A DNA stretch of 64,000 bases from Eledone cirrhosa (Eukaryota), in contig OZ024745.1 of the NCBI GenBank assembly GCA_964016885.1, positions 3,162,001 through 3,226,000 on the forward strand. The letters run 5' to 3'. Below are positions 54,501-64,000 of the stretch, piece by piece (position 1 is the first letter of the stretch; every line of letters begins with the position of its first letter). The notes below the pieces were generated by a model, which saw only the letters and a program-made list of their open reading frames with translations, was not told where the DNA came from and did no database searches. The translations under genes and the position numbers were made by a program.

Positions 54501-57500
54501 TGTCCAGTTTAAAGGTAATGTCCAGTTTAAAGGTAATGTCTAGTTTAAAGGTATATGTCTAGTTTAAAGGTAATGTCCAGTTTAAAGGTAATGTCTAGTT
54601 TAAAGGTAATGTCCAGTTTAAAGGTAATGTCTAGTTTAAAGGTAATGTCTAGTTTAAAGGTAATGTCCAGTTTAAAGGTAATGTCCAGTTTAAAGGTAAT
54701 GTCTAGTTTAAAGGTATATGTCTAGTTTAAAGGTAATGTCCAGTTTAAAGGTAATGTCTAGTTTAAAGGTAATGTCCAGTTTAAAGGTAATGTCTAGTTT
54801 AAAGGTAATGTCTAGTTTAAAGGTAATGTCCAGTTTAAAGGTAATGTCTAGTTTAAAGGTAATGTCTAGTTTAAAGGTAATGTCCAGTTTAAAGGTAATG
54901 TCCAGTTTAAAGGTAATGTCTAGTTTAAAGGTATATGTCTAGTTTAAAGGTATATGTCTAGTTTAAAGGTAATGTCCAGTTTAAAGGTAATGTCCAGTTT
55001 AAAGGTAATGTCTAGTTTAAAGGTAATGTCTAGTTTAAAGGTAATGTCCAGTTTAAAGGTAATGTCCAGTTTAAAGGTAATGTCTAGTTTAAAGGTAATG
55101 TCCAGTTTAAAGGTAATGTCTAGTTTAAAGGTAATGTCCAGTTTAAAGGTAATGTCTAGTTTAAAGGTAATGTCCAGTTTAAAGGTAATGTCTAGTTTAA
55201 AGGTAATGTCTAGTTTAAAGGTAATGTCCAGTTTAAAGGTAATGTCCAGTTTAAAGGTAATGTCTAGTTTAAAGGTATATGTCTAGTTTAAAGGTAATGT
55301 CCAGTTTAAAGGTAATGTCTAGTTTAAAGGTAATGTCCAGTTTAAAGGTAATGTCTAGTTTAAAGGTAATGTCTAGTTTAAAGGTAATGTCCAGTTTAAA
55401 GGTAATGTCCAGTTTAAAGGTAATGTCTAGTTTAAAGGTAATGTCTAGTTTAAAGGTATATGTCTAGTTTAAAGGTAATGTCCAGTTTAAAGGTAATGTC
55501 TAGTTTAAAGGTATATGTCCAGTTTAAAGGTAATGTCCAGTTTAAAGGTAATGTCTAGTTTAAAGGTATATGTCTAGTTTAAAGGTAATGTCCAGTTTAA
55601 AGGTAATGTCTAGTTTAAAGGTAATGTCCAGTTTAAAGGTAATGTCTAGTTTAAAGGTAATGTCTAGTTTAAAGGTAATGTCCAGTTTAAAGGTAATGTC
55701 CAGTTTAAAGGTAATGTCTAGTTTAAAGGTATATGTCTAGTTTAAAGGTAATGTCCAGTTTAAAGGTAATGTCTAGTTTAAAGGTAATGTCCAGTTTAAA
55801 GGTAATGTCTAGTTTAAAGGTAATGTCTAGTTTAAAGGTAATGTCCAGTTTAAAGGTAATGTCCAGTTTAAAGGTAATGTCTAGTTTAAAGGTATATGTC
55901 TAGTTTAAAGGTAATGTCCAGTTTAAAGGTAATGTCTAGTTTAAAGGTAATGTCCAGTTTAAAGGTAATGTCTAGTTTAAAGGTAATGTCTAGTTTAAAG
56001 GTAATGTCCAGTTTAAAGGTAATGTCCAGTTTAAAGGTAATGTCTAGTTTAAAGGTATATGTCTAGTTTAAAGGTAATGTCCAGTTTAAAGGTAATGTCT
56101 AGTTTAAAGGTAATGTCCAGTTTAAAGGTAATGTCTAGTTTAAAGGTAATGTCTAGTTTAAAGGTAATGTCCAGTTTAAAGGTAATGTCCAGTTTAAAGG
56201 TAATGTCCAGTTTAAAGGTATATGTCTAGTTTAAAGGTAATGTCTAGTTTAAAGGTAATGTCTAGTTTAAAGGTAATGTCCAGTTTAAAGGTAATGTCCA
56301 GTTTAAAGGTAATGTCCAGTTTAAAGGTAATGTCTAGTTTAAAGGTATATGTCTAGTTTAAAGGTAATGTCCAGTTTAAAGGTAATGTCCAGTTTAAAGG
56401 TATATGTCCAGTTTAAAGGTAATGTCCAGTTTAAAGGTAATGTCCAGTTTAAAGGTAATGTCCAGTTTAAAGGTAATGTCTAGTTTAAAGGTAATGTCTA
56501 GTTTAAAGGTAATGTCCAGTTTACAGGTATATGTCCAGTTTAAAGGTAATGTCCAGTTTAAAGGTAATGTCTAGTTTAAAGGTAATGTCTAGTTTAAAGG
56601 TAAATGTCCAGTTTAAAGGTATATGTCCAGTTTAAAGGTAATGTCCAGTTTAAAGGTATATGTCTAGTTTAAAGGTAATGTCTAGTTTAAAGGTAATGTC
56701 CAGTTTAAAGGTAATGTCCAGTTTAAAAGTATATGTCTAGTTTAAAGGTAATGTCCAGTTTAAAGGTAATGTCCAGTTTAAAGGTAATGTCCAGTTTAAA
56801 GGTAATGTCTAGTTTAAAGGTAATGTCCAGTTTAAAGGTATATGTCTAGTTTAAAGGTAATGTCTAGTTTAAAGGTAATGTCCAGTTTAAAGGTATATGT
56901 CTAGTTTAAAGGTAATGTCTAGTTTAAAGGTAATGTCCAGTTTAAAGGTAATGTCCAATTTAAAGGTAATGTCCAGTTTAAAGGTAATGTCCAGTTTAAA
57001 GGTAATGTCCAGTTTAAAGGTATATGTCTAGTTTAAAGGTATATGTCTAGTTTAAAGGTAATGTCCAGTTTAAAGGTAATGTCCAGTTTAAAGGTATATG
57101 TCCAGTTTAACGGTAATGTCCAGTTTAAAGGTATATGTCTAGTTTAAAGGTAATGTCCAGTTTAAAGGTAATGTCTAGTTTAAAGGTAATGTCCAGTTTA
57201 AAGGTAATGTCTAGTTTAAAGGTAATGTCCAGTTTAAAGGTATATGTCTAGTTTAAAGGTAATGTCCAGTTTAAAGGTAATGTCCAGTTTAAAGGTAATG
57301 TCCAGTTTAAAGGTATATGTCCAGTTTAAAGGTAATGTCCAGTTTAAAGGTAATGTCCAGTTTAAAGGTAATGTCCAGTTTAAAGGTATATGTCTAGTTT
57401 AAAGGTAATGTCTAGTTTAAAGGTAATGTCCAGTTTAAAGGTATATGTCTAGTTTAAAGGTAATGTCCAGTTTAACGGTAATGTCCAATTTAAAGGTAAT

Positions 57501-60500
57501 GTCCAGTTTAAAGGTAATGTCCAGTTTAAAGGTAATGTCCAGTTTAAAGGTAATGTCTAGTTTAAAGGTAATGTCCAGTTTAAAGGTATATGTCTAGTTT
57601 AAAGGTAATGTCTAGTTTAAAGGTAATGTCCAGTTTAAAGGTAATGTCCAGTTTAAAGGTATATGTCCAGTTTAAAGGTATATGTCTAGTTTAAAGGTAA
57701 TGTCCAGTTTAAAGGTAATGTCCAGTTTAAAGGTAATGTCCAGTTTAAAGGTATATGTCTAGTTTAAAGGTAATGTCTAGTTTAAAGGTAATGTCCAGTT
57801 TAAAGGTATATGTCTAGTTTAAAGGTAATGTCCAGTTTAACGGTAATGTCCAATTTAAAGGTAATGTCCAGTTTAAAGGTAATGTCCAGTTTAAAGGTAA
57901 TGTCCAGTTTAAAGGTAATGTCTAGTTTAAAGGTAATGTCCAGTTTAAAGGTATATGTCTAGTTTAAAGGTAATGTCTAGTTTAAAGGTAATGTCCAGTT
58001 TAAAGGTAATGTCCAGTTTAAAGGTATATGTCCAGTTTAAAGGTAATGTCCAGTTTAAAGGTATATGTCTAGTTTAAAGGTAATGTCTAGTTTAAAGGTA
58101 ATGTCCAGTTTAAAGGTAATGTCTAGTTTAAAGGTAATGTCCAGTTTAAAGGTATATGTCTAGTTTAAAGGTAATGTCCAGTTTAAAGGTAATGTCCAGT
58201 TTAAAGGTATATGTCTAGTTTAAAGGTAATGTCTAGTTTAAAGGTAATGTCCAGTTTAAAGGTAATGTCTAGTTTAAAGGTAATGTCCAGTTTAAAGGTA
58301 TATGTCTAGTTTAAAGGTAATGTCCAGTTTAAAGGTAATGTCCAGTTTAAAGGTATATGTCTAGTTTAAAGGTAATGTCTAGTTTAAAGGTAATGTCCAG
58401 TTTAAAGGTAATGTCTAGTTTAAAGGTAATGTCTAGTTTAAAGGTATATGTCTAGTTTAAAGGTAATGTCTAGTTTAAAGGTAATGTCTAGTTTAAAGGT
58501 AATGTCCAGTTTAAAGGTAATGTCTAGTTTAAAGGTAATGTCCAGTTTAAAGGTATATGTCTAGTTTAAAGGTAATGTCTAGTTTAAAGGTAATGTCCAG
58601 TTTAAAGGTAATGTCCAGTTTAAAGGTAATGTCCAGTTTAAAGGTAATGTCCAGTTTAAAGGTATATGTCTAGTTTAAAGGTAATGTCTAGTTTAAAGGT
58701 ATATGTCCAGTTTAAAGGTAATGTCCAGTTTAAAGGTATATGTCCAGTTTAAAGGTAATGTCCAGTTTAAAGGTAATGTCTAGTTTAAAGGTAATGTCCA
58801 CTTTAAAGGTAATGTCCAGTTTAAAGGTATATGTCCAGTTTAAAGGTAATGTCCAGTTTAAAGGTATATGTCTAGTTTAAAGGTAATGTCCAGTTTAAAG
58901 GTATATGTCTAGTTTAAAGGTAATGTCTAGTTTAAAGGTATATGTCTAGTTTAAAGGTAATGTCCAGTTTAAAGGTAATGTCCAGTTTAAAGGTAATGTC
59001 CAGTTTAAAGGTATATGTCTAGTTTAAAGGTAATGTCTAGTTTAAAGGTATATGTCTAGTTTAAAGGTAATGTCCAGTTTAAAGGTAATGTCTAGTTTAA
59101 AGGTAATGTCCAGTTTAAAGGTATATGTCTAGTTTAAAGGTAATGTCTAGTTTAAAGGTAATGTCCAGTTTAAAGGTAATGTCTAGTTTAAAAGTAATGT
59201 CCAGTTTAAAGGTATATGTCTAGTTTAAAGGTAATGTCTAGTTTAAAGGTAATGTCCAGTTTAAAGGTAATGTCCAGTTTAAAGGTATATGTCCAGTTTA
59301 AAGGTAATGTCCAGTTTAAAGGTATATGTCTAGTTTAAAGGTAATGTCTAGTTTAAAGGTAATGTCCAGTTTAAAGGTAATGTCTAGTTTAAAGGTAATG
59401 TCCAGTTTAAAGGTATATTTCTAGTTTAAAGGTAATGTCCAGTTTAAAGGTAATGTCCAGTTTAAAGGTATATGTCTAGTTTAAAGGTAATGTCTAGTTT
59501 AAAGGTAATGTCCAGTTTAAAGGTAATGTCTAGTTTAAAGGTAATGTCCAGTTTAAAGGTATATGTCTAGTTTAAAGGTAATGTCCAGTTTAAAGGTAAT
59601 GTCCAGTTTAAAGGTATATGTCTAGTTTAAAGGTAATGTCTAGTTTAAAGGTAATGTCCAGTTTAAAGGTAATGTCTAGTTTAAAGGTAATGTCTAGTTT
59701 AAAGGTATATGTCTAGTTTAAAGGTAATGTCTAGTTTAAAGGTAATGTCTAGTTTAAAGGTAATGTCCAGTTTAAAGGTAATGTCTAGTTTAAAGGTAAT
59801 GTCCAGTTTAAAGGTATATGTCTAGTTTAAAGGTAATGTCTAGTTTAAAGGTAATGTCCAGTTTAAAGGTAATGTCTAGTTTAAAGGTAATGTCTAGTTT
59901 AAAGGTAATGTCCAGTTTAAAGGTAATGTCCAGTTTAAAGGTAATGTCTAGTTTAAAGGTAATGTCCAGTTTAAAGGTAATGTCTAGTTTAAAGGTAATG
60001 TCCAGTTTAAAGGTAATGTCCAGTTTAAAGGTAATGTCCAGTTTAAAGGTAATGTCCAGTTTAAAGGTAATGTCCAGTTTAAAGGTATATGTCTAGTTTA
60101 AAGGTAATGTCTAGTTTAAAGGTATATGTCTAGTTTAAAGGTATATGTCTAGTTTAAAGGTAATGTCTAGTTTAAAGGTATATGTCTAGTTTAAAGGTAA
60201 TGTCCAGTTTAAAGGTAATGTCCAGTTTAAAGGTATATGTCCAGTTTAAAGGTAATGTCCAGTTTAAAGGTAATGTCCAGTTTAAAGGTAATGTCCAGTT
60301 TAAAGGTAATGTCTAGTTTAAAGGTAATGTCTAGTTTAAAGGTAATGTCCAGTTTACAGGTATATGTCCAGTTTAAAGGTAATGTCCAGTTTAAAGGTAA
60401 TGTCTAGTTTAAAGGTAATGTCTAGTTTAAAGGTAAATGTCCAGTTTAAAGGTATATGTCCAGTTTAAAGGTAATGTCCAGTTTAAAGGTATATGTCTAG

Positions 60501-63500
60501 TTTAAAGGTAATGTCTAGTTTAAAGGTAATGTCCAGTTTAAAGGTAATGTCCAGTTTAAAAGTATATGTCTAGTTTAAAGGTAATGTCCAGTTTAAAGGT
60601 AATGTCCAGTTTAAAGGTAATGTCCAGTTTAAAGGTAATGTCTAGTTTAAAGGTAATGTCCAGTTTAAAGGTATATGTCTAGTTTAAAGGTAATGTCTAG
60701 TTTAAAGGTAATGTCCAGTTTAAAGGTATATGTCTAGTTTAAAGGTAATGTCTAGTTTAAAGGTAATGTCCAGTTTAAAGGTAATGTCCAATTTAAAGGT
60801 AATGTCCAGTTTAAAGGTAATGTCCAGTTTAAAGGTAATGTCCAGTTTAAAGGTATATGTCTAGTTTAAAGGTATATGTCTAGTTTAAAGGTAATGTCCA
60901 GTTTAAAGGTAATGTCCAGTTTAAAGGTATATGTCCAGTTTAACGGTAATGTCCAGTTTAAAGGTATATGTCTAGTTTAAAGGTAATGTCCAGTTTAAAG
61001 GTAATGTCTAGTTTAAAGGTAATGTCCAGTTTAAAGGTAATGTCTAGTTTAAAGGTAATGTCCAGTTTAAAGGTATATGTCTAGTTTAAAGGTAATGTCC
61101 AGTTTAAAGGTAATGTCCAGTTTAAAGGTAATGTCCAGTTTAAAGGTATATGTCCAGTTTAAAGGTAATGTCCAGTTTAAAGGTAATGTCCAGTTTAAAG
61201 GTAATGTCCAGTTTAAAGGTATATGTCTAGTTTAAAGGTAATGTCTAGTTTAAAGGTAATGTCCAGTTTAAAGGTATATGTCTAGTTTAAAGGTAATGTC
61301 CAGTTTAACGGTAATGTCCAATTTAAAGGTAATGTCCAGTTTAAAGGTAATGTCCAGTTTAAAGGTAATGTCCAGTTTAAAGGTAATGTCTAGTTTAAAG
61401 GTAATGTCCAGTTTAAAGGTATATGTCTAGTTTAAAGGTAATGTCTAGTTTAAAGGTAATGTCCAGTTTAAAGGTAATGTCCAGTTTAAAGGTATATGTC
61501 CAGTTTAAAGGTATATGTCTAGTTTAAAGGTAATGTCCAGTTTAAAGGTAATGTCCAGTTTAAAGGTAATGTCCAGTTTAAAGGTATATGTCTAGTTTAA
61601 AGGTAATGTCTAGTTTAAAGGTAATGTCCAGTTTAAAGGTATATGTCTAGTTTAAAGGTAATGTCCAGTTTAACGGTAATGTCCAATTTAAAGGTAATGT
61701 CCAGTTTAAAGGTAATGTCCAGTTTAAAGGTAATGTCCAGTTTAAAGGTAATGTCTAGTTTAAAGGTAATGTCCAGTTTAAAGGTATATGTCTAGTTTAA
61801 AGGTAATGTCTAGTTTAAAGGTAATGTCCAGTTTAAAGGTAATGTCCAGTTTAAAGGTATATGTCCAGTTTAAAGGTAATGTCCAGTTTAAAGGTATATG
61901 TCTAGTTTAAAGGTAATGTCTAGTTTAAAGGTAATGTCCAGTTTAAAGGTAATGTCTAGTTTAAAGGTAATGTCCAGTTTAAAGGTATATGTCTAGTTTA
62001 AAGGTAATGTCCAGTTTAAAGGTAATGTCCAGTTTAAAGGTATATGTCTAGTTTAAAGGTAATGTCTAGTTTAAAGGTAATGTCCAGTTTAAAGGTAATG
62101 TCTAGTTTAAAGGTAATGTCCAGTTTAAAGGTATATGTCTAGTTTAAAGGTAATGTCCAGTTTAAAGGTAATGTCCAGTTTAAAGGTATATGTCTAGTTT
62201 AAAGGTAATGTCTAGTTTAAAGGTAATGTCCAGTTTAAAGGTAATGTCTAGTTTAAAGGTAATGTCTAGTTTAAAGGTATATGTCTAGTTTAAAGGTAAT
62301 GTCTAGTTTAAAGGTAATGTCTAGTTTAAAGGTAATGTCCAGTTTAAAGGTAATGTCTAGTTTAAAGGTAATGTCCAGTTTAAAGGTATATGTCTAGTTT
62401 AAAGGTAATGTCTAGTTTAAAGGTAATGTCCAGTTTAAAGGTAATGTCCAGTTTAAAGGTAATGTCCAGTTTAAAGGTAATGTCCAGTTTAAAGGTATAT
62501 GTCTAGTTTAAAGGTAATGTCTAGTTTAAAGGTATATGTCCAGTTTAAAGGTAATGTCCAGTTTAAAGGTATATGTCCAGTTTAAAGGTAATGTCCAGTT
62601 TAAAGGTAATGTCTAGTTTAAAGGTAATGTCCACTTTAAAGGTAATGTCCAGTTTAAAGGTATATGTCCAGTTTAAAGGTAATGTCCAGTTTAAAGGTAT
62701 ATGTCTAGTTTAAAGGTAATGTCCAGTTTAAAGGTATATGTCTAGTTTAAAGGTAATGTCTAGTTTAAAGGTATATGTCTAGTTTAAAGGTAATGTCCAG
62801 TTTATAGGTAATGTCCAGTTTAAAGGTAATGTCCAGTTTAAAGGTATATGTCTAGTTTAAAGGTAATGTCTAGTTTAAAGGTATATGTCTAGTTTAAAGG
62901 TAATGTCCAGTTTAAAGGTAATGTCTAGTTTAAAGGTAATGTCCAGTTTAAAGGTATATGTCTAGTTTAAAGGTAATGTCTAGTTTAAAGGTAATGTCCA
63001 GTTTAAAGGTAATGTCTAGTTTAAAAGTAATGTCCAGTTTAAAGGTATATGTCTAGTTTAAAGGTAATGTCTAGTTTAAAGGTAATGTCCAGTTTAAAGG
63101 TAATGTCCAGTTTAAAGGTATATGTCCAGTTTAAAGGTAATGTCCAGTTTAAAGGTATATGTCTAGTTTAAAGGTAATGTCTAGTTTAAAGGTAATGTCC
63201 AGTTTAAAGGTAATGTCTAGTTTAAAGGTAATGTCCAGTTTAAAGGTATATTTCTAGTTTAAAGGTAATGTCCAGTTTAAAGGTAATGTCCAGTTTAAAG
63301 GTATATGTCTAGTTTAAAGGTAATGTCTAGTTTAAAGGTAATGTCCAGTTTAAAGGTAATGTCTAGTTTAAAGGTAATGTCCAGTTTAAAGGTATATGTC
63401 TAGTTTAAAGGTAATGTCCAGTTTAAAGGTAATGTCCAGTTTAAAGGTATATGTCTAGTTTAAAGGTAATGTCTAGTTTAAAGGTAATGTCCAGTTTAAA

Positions 63501-64000
63501 GGTAATGTCTAGTTTAAAGGTAATGTCTAGTTTAAAGGTATATGTCTAGTTTAAAGGTAATGTCTAGTTTAAAGGTAATGTCTAGTTTAAAGGTAATGTC
63601 CAGTTTAAAGGTAATGTCTAGTTTAAAGGTAATGTCCAGTTTAAAGGTATATGTCTAGTTTAAAGGTAATGTCTAGTTTAAAGGTAATGTCCAGTTTAAA
63701 GGTAATGTCTAGTTTAAAGGTAATGTCTAGTTTAAAGGTAATGTCCAGTTTAAAGGTAATGTCCAGTTTAAAGGTAATGTCTAGTTTAAAGGTAATGTCC
63801 AGTTTAAAGGTAATGTCTAGTTTAAAGGTAATGTCCAGTTTAAAGGTAATGTCCAGTTTAAAGGTAATGTCCAGTTTAAAGGTAATGTCCAGTTTAAAGG
63901 TAATGTCCAGTTTAAAGGTATATGTCTAGTTTAAAGGTAATGTCTAGTTTAAAGGTATATGTCTAGTTTAAAGGTATATGTCTAGTTTAAAGGTAATGTC
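51563..64000. repeat. 18/19-bp satellite array, >12 kb, running off the window end
   Basis: Monomer gtttaaaggta(t)atgtc(c/t)a; roughly 680 monomers. Confidence 0.98.

Noticed and set aside
52380-63929. (MSSLKV)n ORFs
   Set aside because: Translations of the 18-bp satellite, broken by every 19-bp variant.
51563-64000. Telomeric repeat or splice-donor decoy array (AAG|GTAATG in each unit)
   Set aside because: Not TTAGGG-like; no evidence of transcription to support a decoy role.

Overview
AT-rich, repeat-dense animal genomic DNA. The SINE/LINE repertoire suggests a coleoid cephalopod such as Octopus (inference). One protein-coding gene is supported, on the + strand: a p66/GATAD2-family NuRD subunit (GATAD2A/B co-ortholog, Drosophila simjang). 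Its three coding exons (21887-22179, 28973-29179, 33729-35412) splice in frame through phase-2 GT-AG introns to give a 727-aa protein, followed by a probable ~3.2-kb 3' UTR. The rest is tRNA-derived SINEs, RTE and CR1 LINE 3' fragments, piggyBac-like and hAT-like MITEs, microsatellites, intronic minisatellites (90, 44, 52, 32 and 42 bp units), a 3.1-kb TG/TATG/TCTG complex repeat, and a >12-kb 18/19-bp satellite with nested higher-order periods of 163, 365 and 3833 bp. I found no CRISPR array or prokaryote-type system, and nothing here is demonstrably a new biological system. The most unusual items are the intron-free p66 core, the hierarchical satellite, a perfect cloverleaf-shaped foldback element, and several dsRNA-forming structures in the pre-mRNA. 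Repeat boundaries are approximate, and family names for repeats were assigned by eye without a database search.
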